Sequence record: NC_019725.1
Length of the DNA: 50,552 nucleotides
Source of the DNA: Escherichia phage ADB-2
Strand: one strand, 5' to 3'
In this document: positions 1 to 8,131 of the stretch, piece after piece
How the letters are laid out: every line of letters begins with the position of its first letter
How positions within the stretch are numbered: position 1 is the stretch's first letter
The notes under the pieces: generated by a model
The model's input: only the letters and a program-made list of their open reading frames with translations
Databases searched by the model: none
Told to the model about the DNA's origin: nothing
Position numbers and translations under genes: made by a program

Positions 1-265
1 CTTTGAATGATTTTTTCATTGGGTTGCGATGGTCAAGCCCGGTGCACTTGAGCGTCTTTGTCTTCAGCTCAGTGAACTTCGCGAAGAAGATTTCATCAGA
101 TCCGTGAATCTGTAATTCATCATGCCTTTCAAGTTTTAAATACTTCCCGCATTTTAATTTTACTTCGCGAGTGCCATCATATCGCTCACGACCTTTGTAT
201 AGGTTGTTTACTTCAAATCCTGTGATTTTATCTGCGTAAGTACATTTCAGTTTGATTGATTTCAT
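1..265 (-). CDS. hypothetical protein, partial (3' end beyond window start)
   Basis: Open frame running off the window edge; ATG at 263-265 preceded by the recurring CCAATCAGGAG leader/RBS. Confidence 0.5.
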   Translation of the reverse strand, partial: MKSIKLKCTYADKITGFEVNNLYKGRERYDGTREVKLKCGKYLKLERHDELQIHGSDEIFFAKFTELKTKTLKCTGLDHRNPMKKSFK

Positions 266-345
266 CGCATTAACTCCTGATTGGTTATCTTGAATAAGGC
301 CACTTTATCAAATGACCTTACGGCAATATTAACAAATCGTGCTAT

Positions 346-555
346 TTACCAGGGAATATAATCGTCGTCGTCCTCATCAATATCATCGCCAGGTAACTCG
401 AAGTCTGGATTATATTCGCTTTCTGCATCCATATCCATATTCCCTAGCGCGTCCTCAAGTGTGATTTCTTTATATGCAACCTTGATACACCATTCCGCAC
501 TAAGCCCGGCATCAAGAGCGGCAAAATAACGAGTCCAGAAATTATCCCGTTCCAT
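346..555 (-). CDS. small acidic protein with SSB-C-terminus-like tail (ends ...GDDIDEDDDDYIPW)
   Basis: 69-aa ORF, GGAG RBS 7 nt upstream of ATG; C-terminal half strongly acidic and ends in D-rich tract + IPW, resembling the DDDIPF tip of bacterial SSB. Confidence 0.55.
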   Translation of the reverse strand: MERDNFWTRYFAALDAGLSAEWCIKVAYKEITLEDALGNMDMDAESEYNPDFELPGDDIDEDDDDYIPW

Positions 556-558
556 CAA

Positions 559-783
559 TTAACTCCATGAATTAATGTAAATTGAGCTAGCCTCAAGCGT
601 AGCGCGCACATCAGCATCTGTTGCATTTACTAAGCGAGAGCCTGGCGTGCTGCCGATAACGTTATTACCGTTACGAGTCTTAGTTACCGTCATTGAAATA
701 AAACCGGAAGACTTATCCATTTTGATAACTACACGGCCTTTCGCGTTCAGGTGCTTGATGATATTCTCAACTTTAATGCTCAT
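559..783 (-). CDS. hypothetical protein
   Basis: 74-aa ORF tightly packed with neighbours. Confidence 0.45.
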   Translation of the reverse strand: MSIKVENIIKHLNAKGRVVIKMDKSSGFISMTVTKTRNGNNVIGSTPGSRLVNATDADVRATLEASSIYINSWS

Positions 784-999
784 TTTTAATTCCTTTGTTT
801 GTTTGGTGTTGGAGTAATATACCTTACTCCCTGATGATTGTCTTTAGCTATTCGTGCTATCAGTACTCAGAAATTACTTTGCACTCTTTGATTGTGCCGC
901 CTAGAACTACTTTCTGCATCATTGCTTTTTGGTGGCTATCGTAAACGCGAACATTTTTTACGCTGTTAAATTTGCCAGTATAGAAAGTGTGAATATAAA

Positions 1000-1320
1000 T
1001 CATTTTTTACCGTCCCAAGTTTGATACGCCGTCACCAGGTTGATGCTATGGTCGAACTCATCAATGCTGAGCGATCCGATTCTAACTAATTCTTTGTCAT
1101 GCTTGATATCAATCATGCGGCTATATGGATGACCTGGCTCGTATTTGAACAGTCGCTTGCTGTCGGCAATGTCAGCGTTGATTCCGTAGAATCGACCTAC
1201 CGCAGCCTTCACGCGCTCCATGATGTTTTTTTCGTGAATTGCCGCCGCGTTATTTAGTGCCGCAACCGTGCTTCCGTTAATCTTCGGTGACTTCGTTGTG
1301 ATTTTGTAAGTGTGGTTCAT
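1000..1320 (-). CDS. hypothetical protein
   Basis: ORF with start moved to internal ATG (MNHTYK...) that has a G-rich RBS. Confidence 0.45.
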   Translation of the reverse strand: MNHTYKITTKSPKINGSTVAALNNAAAIHEKNIMERVKAAVGRFYGINADIADSKRLFKYEPGHPYSRMIDIKHDKELVRIGSLSIDEFDHSINLVTAYQTWDGKK

Positions 1321-1336
1321 TATTCCCCCTAACCAG

Positions 1337-1537
1337 TCAGGATAGCTTTCGCGCTTCATCAATGATAACAGGTTCGAGGCGCTCAAGTCGAACGCGGAAC
1401 GTGTTCATAAATCCCTCGTTGTTCTTCAATAATTCGAAGGCGTCCGTAGCTTCAATGGCGCTACTACCCATGTAAGCGATCACTCTCTTCTGTGTCTTGC
1501 GTGAGATCGCCACTACGCGGTAAATGTTATCACTCAT
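1337..1537 (-). CDS. hypothetical protein
   Basis: 66-aa ORF. Confidence 0.4.
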   Translation of the reverse strand: MSDNIYRVVAISRKTQKRVIAYMGSSAIEATDAFELLKNNEGFMNTFRVRLERLEPVIIDEARKLS

Positions 1538-1565
1538 ACAATGCCTCTCTTGTGGATATACGCGA

Positions 1566-1928
1566 TCATAATTTTTCTTCCATGATTTTACGAATACGGT
1601 TTATTGCGTCAATTTTATCACAATCCCACCTGGTCGTTCCTCTATCCGGTCGCTCTTCGAACGCGAGACTAACCTCTTCCAGTAAGTTGTCAATGATATC
1701 CTCCTTTTCGTAATCTTCCAGCTTTCCGAACTCAGCCGATCCGACGCATCTATTTATATAATCGACCATGCCTTGATATTCTTCAGTAGTAAAGATATCC
1801 GTGATACCAATCCCGGTATCGCGCTGAGTGATAATCACTCGATTACCAAAATTGCGATAGTAAATCTCAACGGTGAACCCTTTCTCACTTGCGTTGTCAA
1901 TTGCCGCTTGAAGTTTTGATGAAATCAT
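1566..1928 (-). CDS. hypothetical protein
   Basis: 120-aa ORF preceded by recurring element, hairpin and CCAATCAGGAGA leader. Confidence 0.5.
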   Translation of the reverse strand: MISSKLQAAIDNASEKGFTVEIYYRNFGNRVIITQRDTGIGITDIFTTEEYQGMVDYINRCVGSAEFGKLEDYEKEDIIDNLLEEVSLAFEERPDRGTTRWDCDKIDAINRIRKIMEEKL

Positions 1929-1983
1929 CTCGTCATTCTCCTGATTGGTTGATGTGTTAACTATACCCCGATTCCCTTCGGGC

Positions 1984-2002
1984 GTTTAGCAAAAAGTGCT
2001 AT
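1984..2002 (-). promoter_or_regulatory. conserved intergenic element TAGCAC-N5-TTGCTAAAC (copy 1)
   Basis: reverse complement reads ATAGCACTTTTTGCTAAAC; upstream of minus gene 1566..1928. Confidence 0.6.
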
Positions 2003-2188
2003 TTAGAATTTTACATCCTCAACAAGCTCAACCATTTTGTAACCAAGTCGATAGGAGTCGCCGAACAACAATAATCCCATAAATTCATCTTTGGTTATCG
2101 ACTCCTTACCAACTGTTCTAATCTCTCCGTTGTGAATCACAGTATCGCCGATCTTGATTTCTGATTTATGCACTAATTTCGTTTTCAT
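2003..2188 (-). CDS. hypothetical protein
   Basis: 61-aa ORF. Confidence 0.4.
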   Translation of the reverse strand: MKTKLVHKSEIKIGDTVIHNGEIRTVGKESITKDEFMGLLLFGDSYRLGYKMVELVEDVKF

Positions 2189-2203
2189 TTGTTAGTCCGT
2201 TAA

Positions 2204-2389
2204 TTAAAAGAATGCTACATAGTTTGCAATGCCTTTGGCGTCGTCGTTAGGCATTGCCTTGACAGCCAGGTCGTAACCAGCTTCTACCTTCTGCTTTGCT
2301 GATTCTTCGCTGTACCCCCAAATAACCAGAATTTTAACTACGTTTTCTTTGTTCAGGACTTTAAGGTCTTTAGTGATGCGACGTGCCAT
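2204..2389 (-). CDS. hypothetical protein
   Basis: ORF with start set at ATG (MARRITK...) having GAGGAAA RBS. Confidence 0.45.
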   Translation of the reverse strand: MARRITKDLKVLNKENVVKILVIWGYSEESAKQKVEAGYDLAVKAMPNDDAKGIANYVAFF

Positions 2390-2446
2390 TTTATTTTTCC
2401 TCAATCTCGTTTCGATGAGGTAATTATGACAAATCACACCGATCGA

Positions 2447-2467
2447 GTTTTAACAAAAAGTGCTATT
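2447..2467 (-). promoter_or_regulatory. conserved intergenic element (copy 2)
   Basis: rc = AATAGCACTTTTTGTTAAAAC. Confidence 0.6.
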
Positions 2468-3153
2468 TGCGATCGCTTTGAAAAAACCACGCGGCGACAG
2501 GGATCTTATCAGCTTCGTTTTGGCAGACTTGCCGCCAAGTTTGTTTTGCTGTGCAGAGTACCCGTCAGGCAGATTTACAGGTTTTCTCTCCGGCATGACA
2601 AAATCGTCAGAGGTCCACAGACAAGTTTTCTTCGGGTAAGCATCGCGCGGCGCAATATACATCGGGAACCAGGGGTGTGAGTCATTCTCAGGAAGATAGC
2701 CGCCATACTCCCAGGGATTGAAGGAGTGATTTGGTTTTCTCCACGCAGACGACAGGACGCTTACCGGATTCTCAATGATGTAAGTCACGCCTAGCTATCG
2801 CCAATGTTCGCAGCAATCCGGGCAGTAGCGACAGCCTTCTCCTGGAATAACGGATCGCGTTCACGCTTGCTTGCAAAATGGCGAGCGCCACTAACAGCCA
2901 GGTCAGTGCAAGGAGGGAAAGCCATAATGAAATCCGGCTTGCCATACACACCAGAGATAGCATCACGCTCAAACGCTGCGTCAATGAACACGTTCACATA
3001 CTCAATGTTCGGATGCTCCACTCTGGCATTGTACTTTGCGTAATCTCCGTGATCGGCTCCGTCAAAGTTGAAGCACATCACCTTATGACCTTGCTTTGCC
3101 AGTTCATAACCAGCAATCCCGGAACCGTCGAATAGCGACCAAATTAATTTCAT
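2450..3153 (-). pseudogene. cytosine-C5 DNA methyltransferase-like gene, frame-disrupted near 2790 (possible sequencing indel)
   Basis: N-terminal ORF has LFDGSGIAG (motif I-like) and FPPCTDLAVSG (PC motif IV-like); adjacent ORF in -1 frame begins YIIENPVS (ENV motif VI-like); spacing of motifs matches C5-MTases. Confidence 0.5.
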
Positions 3154-3213
3154 CGTGACTTCCTCTTCTGATTGGTTTATGTGCCGGACTATACCCGATC
3201 TACCCGACCGAGT

Positions 3214-3233
3214 CGTTAGCAAAAAATGCTATT
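3214..3233 (-). promoter_or_regulatory. conserved intergenic element (copy 3, variant TAGCAT)
   Basis: rc = AATAGCATTTTTTGCTAACG; upstream of methyltransferase-like gene. Confidence 0.55.
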
Positions 3234-3854
3234 CCAATAATTGCTCATTATTCCATCAGTGCTGTAATAGGTGGAATAATTTTGATTGTGATTGATTGTG
3301 AATGATGAAACGTGATTATTGCATGGTGTGCAACAGTTGGTTGATTTGTTGCTTAGAATGCAATGATTGTGAGAGGGGGGATTTAGTGTTACCCGGTTCG
3401 CCTGGTGGTCATCTCCATTTTTAGCAAAACGTGCTATCGATTACGGTTACACTTGACCGCGTGTTAACAGTTGTCTACAATTTGCCTGAATCTCAATAGT
3501 AGACAAAATTACACCAAATTACGCCTTATAATATACATATAGATATATGTATATATATAATATATAAGTATTTTTTTATTTGTATATATAGATACTATTA
3601 TCTGTAATATGGTTGTATAGCGTGTCTACTATGTTAATCGTTGGATGCTCTGATTATTGTATTCATGTTTATATATACAGTAGTTTTATCGGCTCATATT
3701 TATATGGGGAAAGCGATTAACACGATTAACACGATTAACCACACTTAAAATCGACCTGCAAGCCTTGACGCAGGCGGGTCGTCGTGTAACACTGCAATTA
3801 GAGACGCGCTGTTACGCGTTAATCATTGTGTATATTGAAAATAAGGAGAAACCT
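3223..3854. promoter_or_regulatory. AT-rich divergent intergenic region with short repeats (candidate regulatory hub / origin)
   Basis: 630 bp without convincing ORF between divergent gene blocks; TATATA-rich; 3 tandem copies of GATTAACAC (3714-3741); inverted TTGTCTAC/GTAGACAA; TGATTG repeats. Confidence 0.5.
3417..3437 (-). promoter_or_regulatory. conserved intergenic element (copy 4)
   Basis: rc = ATAGCACGTTTTGCTAAAAAT; no coding gene directly downstream on minus strand. Confidence 0.55.
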
Positions 3855-4319
3855 ATGAGTTCTTACCAATCAGATGCGGTTCAGGCAGCAATTCAGGCGG
3901 CTTACGAGAAGGCAGGGGTAACGGTTGAGCAGCGCCAGGAGGCTAAGGTGACTGATGTTATCCGGGCCGCTTGCGATCAGCTTTATGGTGATGGCGAGAA
4001 TACTGAGTTCACATTCGACGCTACTCAAATGGCTGAGGCCGCTGTAAGGAAGTCAATGCCAGACGCCGACGATTATGATGTTGTCGAGTGCGCTGGGTCG
4101 TGGTTGTTGGGTAAAACCGAAGAGATTAACGAGAAGTTTAAATCATCATTCATCACCCCGATCGTTTCTCGCCACTTCTCCAAAATCGGCAAATCGGTCA
4201 AGGTGAGCGTGACTATGAACGATGAGAAGTTGCGAGTAGTTACTATCTCAGTGAGTGATGAAGAGGTTCCGGTGAAGAAGCGCCGCAGCCGGAAAAAGTT
4301 AGCTTGGCTGATTGCTTGA
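3855..4319 (+). CDS. hypothetical protein
   Basis: 154 aa from ATG with AAGGAG RBS. Confidence 0.55.
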   Translation: MSSYQSDAVQAAIQAAYEKAGVTVEQRQEAKVTDVIRAACDQLYGDGENTEFTFDATQMAEAAVRKSMPDADDYDVVECAGSWLLGKTEEINEKFKSSFITPIVSRHFSKIGKSVKVSVTMNDEKLRVVTISVSDEEVPVKKRRSRKKLAWLIA

Positions 4320-4434
4320 TTCATTTGATGTTGATGTTAGCAAGCTATCCGATAGCGAGTTAATGGTTCGTGATGTGAATGAGATCGTGCGCCAGATGAA
4401 GGCACATATCGAAAAGTGTGGACTGTAAGGAGAG

Positions 4435-4680
4435 ATGAGTATGAGCAAAATTAAGCATGACGCCCTGAAAGGTATCTTGATGCGACTAAACCCAGGCGAA
4501 GCATTCCAGCTTAACCCCGAGACGTTTGGATTCAATGGTGATTATCGTACAACCTTCGAATTTGTAAGGTATGTAAAGAAAGAGTTTGGATTCGAAGTTA
4601 TTCACGCAGGTCTTATCAATGGCATCCAGACATTCATCTTTAAGCCAAATGAGATTCGTTGCTTCACACTGATGAAATAG
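4435..4680 (+). CDS. hypothetical protein
   Basis: 81-aa ORF, AGGAGAG RBS. Confidence 0.5.
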   Translation: MSMSKIKHDALKGILMRLNPGEAFQLNPETFGFNGDYRTTFEFVRYVKKEFGFEVIHAGLINGIQTFIFKPNEIRCFTLMK

Positions 4681-4695
4681 CACTTTTTGTTAAAG
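4676..4695 (+). promoter_or_regulatory. conserved intergenic element (copy 5)
   Basis: AATAGCACTTTTTGTTAAAG; TAG doubles as stop of upstream ORF. Confidence 0.6.
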
Positions 4696-4752
4696 ACCGG
4701 TCTAGCGGATCGGGTATTATCTTTTCATCGACACGATACAGAGGAAACGAAT

Positions 4753-4947
4753 ATGGAAACGCAAATTGACGTAGTGGTTGTTCAGCGCGACTCAACTCAT
4801 GAAAAGGGTCTGTTCAAGAAAGGAACCGAAATCACGATCGACCTTGAGGATATGGTTGCATATCACTCGGGCCTTACCTGGAACGTGGTGCGCGTAGGCA
4901 GCGACTACAAACTCAAAGGCTTTAACACTTACTTTGCAGAGGTTTAA
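4753..4947 (+). CDS. hypothetical protein
   Basis: 64 aa from ATG with GAGGAAA RBS. Confidence 0.5.
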   Translation: METQIDVVVVQRDSTHEKGLFKKGTEITIDLEDMVAYHSGLTWNVVRVGSDYKLKGFNTYFAEV

Positions 4948-4949
4948 TC

Positions 4950-5420
4950 ATGGCGACAATTACCGTATTCCTGGCTAAAGATGAGATTGATGGCGAAATG
5001 TCATTCTTCGCGTTTGAGCACAAAACCGGATCGCACTGGCATATGTACAGCCACTACACGGTCATCGATATCAACTCATACCGCGCAAACTCACTTACTG
5101 AAAAGCTGAGTTGCTTCATTGGAGCTATCAAGGTGAACAATGGCTGCGAGTGGGAAGATGAGCACGAAGAGCGCCGCATGTGCAATATGATTAACCCGGT
5201 CTATCTTGAGTCGTTCGAGCTTGATGCTGATGTGGCTATTAAGGTGAGAAAGTCGGGTGAGTTGTTGCCAGGGATGCGTGTGCTGACTGGTTACTCAGGT
5301 CGTAAGGTATGGCGCACTGTATCAAAGATTCGCCATCGTTCGGCAACATGCTATAGCGTATTCTTTGATGATGGTTGGAATATGATGTCCGGCAGTGAAG
5401 TAAAGTATCTCACCAAATAG
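4950..5420 (+). CDS. hypothetical protein
   Basis: 156-aa ORF. Confidence 0.5.
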   Translation: MATITVFLAKDEIDGEMSFFAFEHKTGSHWHMYSHYTVIDINSYRANSLTEKLSCFIGAIKVNNGCEWEDEHEERRMCNMINPVYLESFELDADVAIKVRKSGELLPGMRVLTGYSGRKVWRTVSKIRHRSATCYSVFFDDGWNMMSGSEVKYLTK

Positions 5421-5436
5421 CACGAATTGCTAAATC
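5416..5436 (+). promoter_or_regulatory. conserved intergenic element (copy 6)
   Basis: AATAGCACGAATTGCTAAATC; TAG = stop of 4950..5420. Confidence 0.6.
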
Positions 5437-5497
5437 AGCGCAGCAAGGAGGCTGTATATTAAACTAATTGAAACAAACGATTCTAGATGAGGAAAGA

Positions 5498-5758
5498 ATG
5501 AATAAGTCAGAGTTTATTGGAAGGGTAATTGATTGCAATTTAAGATTTGAAGTTAAAAAGGTGAGAGTGAACAAGGATAGAAATTATGGCCTTGACATTC
5601 AAACATACTCCCTCTGGCTGGTTGGCGAGCACAGCTCTGATGATACAATCACAATGGGGATTGATGCGCAGCCTCTTCTTGTAAAGTTTAGAAGCATTGA
5701 TAAAGCAAATAAAGAAGCTGAAAAGTTTAACAGATGGATAGGTAGCACGAATTGTTAA
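5498..5758 (+). CDS. hypothetical protein
   Basis: 86 aa, GAGGAAAGA RBS; C-terminus reads through the next element copy. Confidence 0.5.
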   Translation: MNKSEFIGRVIDCNLRFEVKKVRVNKDRNYGLDIQTYSLWLVGEHSSDDTITMGIDAQPLLVKFRSIDKANKEAEKFNRWIGSTNC

Positions 5759-5762
5759 AAAC
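5742..5762 (+). promoter_or_regulatory. conserved intergenic element (copy 7)
   Basis: GTAGCACGAATTGTTAAAAAC followed by hairpin GGGGTA...TACCCC carrying TATAGT. Confidence 0.6.
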
Positions 5763-5823
5763 GGATCGGGGTATCTTGCTATAGTTACCCCATCAAAACG
5801 AGATACCAATCAGAGGATTAACC

Positions 5824-6054
5824 ATGTCAATCGTCAAGAACCAACAAGCCATCGACTCAACCAGCCACAACCGCTTTGCTATTTTCATCACTCGCGACAA
5901 CAAGCGATTTGCTGTCAGGGCCGTGCCTGGTGGATACAAAACCTATATGGAAAATAACGGAAAATGGGTATGCTGCGACAACCTTGCCAACTTCCTGGTA
6001 TGGAACGCAGACCTGCAAGGATTCGATGATATCAGCACTTTAATTGAGGAATAA
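5824..6054 (+). CDS. hypothetical protein
   Basis: 76-aa ORF after CCAATCAGAGGA leader. Confidence 0.5.
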   Translation: MSIVKNQQAIDSTSHNRFAIFITRDNKRFAVRAVPGGYKTYMENNGKWVCCDNLANFLVWNADLQGFDDISTLIEE

Positions 6055-6060
6055 ATAATC

Positions 6061-6288
6061 ATGCCACGTTACAGTAACCTAACCAAACTAGTCCGCGTAA
6101 ACGGGCACATGATCCCGGCAAAATCTACTCACTGCGCTAAGGGAGCAAAGCACGGATTATATTTCAAGTGGCGCGGTCAGTGGAACTTCACGGCGGTGAG
6201 TAATTTCTACATGCGCGTTCCTGGTGACGATCCGCAATCGGTAGTAGAAAACTCAATCGGCGACAACAAGATCGAGGTACTAAAATGA
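6061..6288 (+). CDS. hypothetical protein
   Basis: 75-aa ORF. Confidence 0.45.
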   Translation: MPRYSNLTKLVRVNGHMIPAKSTHCAKGAKHGLYFKWRGQWNFTAVSNFYMRVPGDDPQSVVENSIGDNKIEVLK

Positions 6289-6395
6289 ACTTCAATACAA
6301 TAGCTCTATGGTCTGCCGTCTGGTTCTTCTGCATGGGTCACGTTATGGTCGGCATCGTGGTAATGCTTCTCCTGTGTGCGGGGGCGTTCGAATGA
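6285..6395 (+). CDS. small hydrophobic (membrane) peptide
   Basis: 36-aa ORF MNFNTIALWSAVWFFCMGHVMVGIVVMLLLCAGAFE; ATGA overlap with upstream stop. Confidence 0.4.
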   Translation: MNFNTIALWSAVWFFCMGHVMVGIVVMLLLCAGAFE

Positions 6396-6565
6396 TGCGA
6401 ATATTGATTTGCATGATGGCGGCGGTCGCCCTGGCTATCCTGGTAGTGTCAGGATGCGGAGAGGTCAGAGATAGCTGTCATAAGACCGGGAACCAGGTTA
6501 CTACGTTTGTGATGGTTGGCAATGTTTTGCTACCAATCACATCAAATGAAATCACTTGCGAATAG
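6392..6565 (+). CDS. small putative lipoprotein
   Basis: MMRILICMMAAVALAILVVSGC... signal peptide with lipobox-like VSGC; ATGA overlap with previous ORF. Confidence 0.4.
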   Translation: MMRILICMMAAVALAILVVSGCGEVRDSCHKTGNQVTTFVMVGNVLLPITSNEITCE

Positions 6566-6573
6566 AGGTTGAT

Positions 6574-6765
6574 ATGGCTGATTTTATGCACCAAATGATT
6601 GCAGTATTCAAAGGCAGTGATGACCAGGAAGTGAAAGAGTGCTTTACTGTCGACAAGACTTATAGTGCATCGCTAACCAGTTTCGGGAATATCTCATTAC
6701 TTGATGATAACGGCGACCCCTGGATATTCGACGAAGACACCGATTGCTTCGAAATTAAAGAATAG
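6574..6765 (+). CDS. hypothetical acidic protein
   Basis: 63 aa from ATG; stop TAG is part of next element copy. Confidence 0.45.
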   Translation: MADFMHQMIAVFKGSDDQEVKECFTVDKTYSASLTSFGNISLLDDNGDPWIFDEDTDCFEIKE

Positions 6766-6781
6766 CACTTTTTGTTAAAAA
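6761..6781 (+). promoter_or_regulatory. conserved intergenic element (copy 8)
   Basis: AATAGCACTTTTTGTTAAAAA then hairpin GGGGTT...AACCCC with TATAGT. Confidence 0.6.
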
Positions 6782-6836
6782 TAAATTCCGGGGTTGCGAT
6801 ATAGTAACCCCATCGACAACGAACGAGGACGAGAAC

Positions 6837-7355
6837 ATGAAAATTAAATTACTTTGCACTGGCGGTTACAAAGGCTTTACCCGAGATCTGGAAGCAGACC
6901 CTATCGTGGTTGATGCGGTGAAGTGTGATTCCAGTACCGGAGGCTACCGCGTTAAGGTTGACGATCTGGTTAAAGCTGGCGTGTACGATCTGGACTATGG
7001 ACTTTCGGTTAGCCCTGTATTTGGTCCGGCTGACTTTAACGAGAATGACGGAACGATGTTCTTCTTCGAATGGGAAGTCCAAGCAAATCCTAAGCCGCGC
7101 AAGGTTCGACTTCTCAGTAATGGCGGCTACCCGCTGCGACAAGGCTATGAGAACCGCACATTCCCAGTTATCGTGGACTTTGAAGAAATTACTAGCAATC
7201 TGGCATACGTTAACGATGAGCAGTTGCGAGCCGTTGGATTTGTCGGTGGGATGAATAAAGAGGCACTTTGCTTCTTCCACTGTAACGCCGAGCCGTTCGA
7301 TATTGAGTGCGAGTTAGTTACTAAGCACGAATTGTTAAAAGGGGATTCGTCCTGA
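6837..7355 (+). CDS. hypothetical protein
   Basis: 172-aa ORF. Confidence 0.5.
   Translation: MKIKLLCTGGYKGFTRDLEADPIVVDAVKCDSSTGGYRVKVDDLVKAGVYDLDYGLSVSPVFGPADFNENDGTMFFFEWEVQANPKPRKVRLLSNGGYPLRQGYENRTFPVIVDFEEITSNLAYVNDEQLRAVGFVGGMNKEALCFFHCNAEPFDIECELVTKHELLKGDSS
7322..7340 (+). promoter_or_regulatory. conserved intergenic element (copy 9)
   Basis: TAAGCACGAATTGTTAAAA; followed by hairpin GGGGATT...AATCCCC. Confidence 0.6.
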
Positions 7356-7356
7356 C

Positions 7357-7365
7357 TGGTATAAT
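7357..7365 (+). promoter_or_regulatory. extended -10-like box TGgTATAAT
   Basis: Perfect TGnTATAAT 31 nt upstream of the ATG at 7396, inside the hairpin following element copy 9. Confidence 0.4.
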
Positions 7366-7395
7366 CCCCACATCAACCACTAAGAGGAAAGCATC

Positions 7396-7902
7396 ATGTT
7401 AAAATTAGAAGACGTAAAATTCCCGATTAAATTTATCAGCCTGGGTCGCGGTGAAATTACATTCACCAGTGAAGATAAAGGCAAGTGGGCCACTGATGAG
7501 GTGTCTCAGCTTAAGTTGGATTGGTTTATCAATCGGCACAATGAAGTAAATCCTGAAAACTCAGCCAAGAAGGATTACCATTACATTATTAGTGGTAGTC
7601 AGGATGCGTACGAAAAGTATGATGGTTGGAAAACTGATCGATCCATCTTCCACCCCGCAAAGCCAGAAATTAAACCGATGTTACAATGCACTCAGATCGA
7701 GAACATGCCATTGAGCGCTACGCTAAAGGGCGTTCAACTTGATAGCGAATCCTGGATCGAGATTACCGCCACACCTAAAACTATTGAGGTGCATGATGAT
7801 GTAGTGATTCTCCTATTGCATTACGGCAGCTTTAAGCACAAAACGGTATCAGGTGAAATAAGCGTTAAGCGCGGAACACTTGTACGCTATGAGGTGAAAT
7901 AA
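7396..7902 (+). CDS. hypothetical protein
   Basis: 168-aa ORF. Confidence 0.5.
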   Translation: MLKLEDVKFPIKFISLGRGEITFTSEDKGKWATDEVSQLKLDWFINRHNEVNPENSAKKDYHYIISGSQDAYEKYDGWKTDRSIFHPAKPEIKPMLQCTQIENMPLSATLKGVQLDSESWIEITATPKTIEVHDDVVILLLHYGSFKHKTVSGEISVKRGTLVRYEVK

Positions 7903-8051
7903 TGGCGGCGTGGATTTTGATTATCTTGATGAGTACCGGGCCAGATCACGTATACATGGAAAGCCAACAATCATGCAACAAGGCTCGGGAAGTAATTGCA
8001 GAAAACAAGCCGTTCGGATACGAAGTAAAAACAATGTGCGTTAAACGATAG
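7902..8051 (+). CDS. small hydrophobic protein (49 aa)
   Basis: ATG overlapping upstream TAA (TAATG); hydrophobic N-terminus MAAWILIILMSTG; stop TAG is part of element copy 10; below the ORF-track size cutoff. Confidence 0.4.
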   Translation: MAAWILIILMSTGPDHVYMESQQSCNKAREVIAENKPFGYEVKTMCVKR

Positions 8052-8066
8052 CACGAATTGCTAAAC
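8048..8066 (+). promoter_or_regulatory. conserved intergenic element (copy 10)
   Basis: ATAGCACGAATTGCTAAAC then hairpin GGCCA...TGGCC with TGATATAGT. Confidence 0.6.
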
Positions 8067-8131
8067 CTTCCGCAAGGCCATTTGATATAGTGGCCTTATT
8101 GAAGCATGGCAACCAATCAGAGGAATCAGTT

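Noticed and set aside
3714-3741. Tandem GATTAACAC repeats as a possible CRISPR or minisatellite array
   Set aside because: Only three 9-bp units without spacers; better interpreted as iterons within the AT-rich control region
6849-7280. 143-aa minus-strand ORF antisense to 6837..7355
   Set aside because: Antisense to a plus-strand ORF that has the element/hairpin/leader cassette; minus ORF has no such signals
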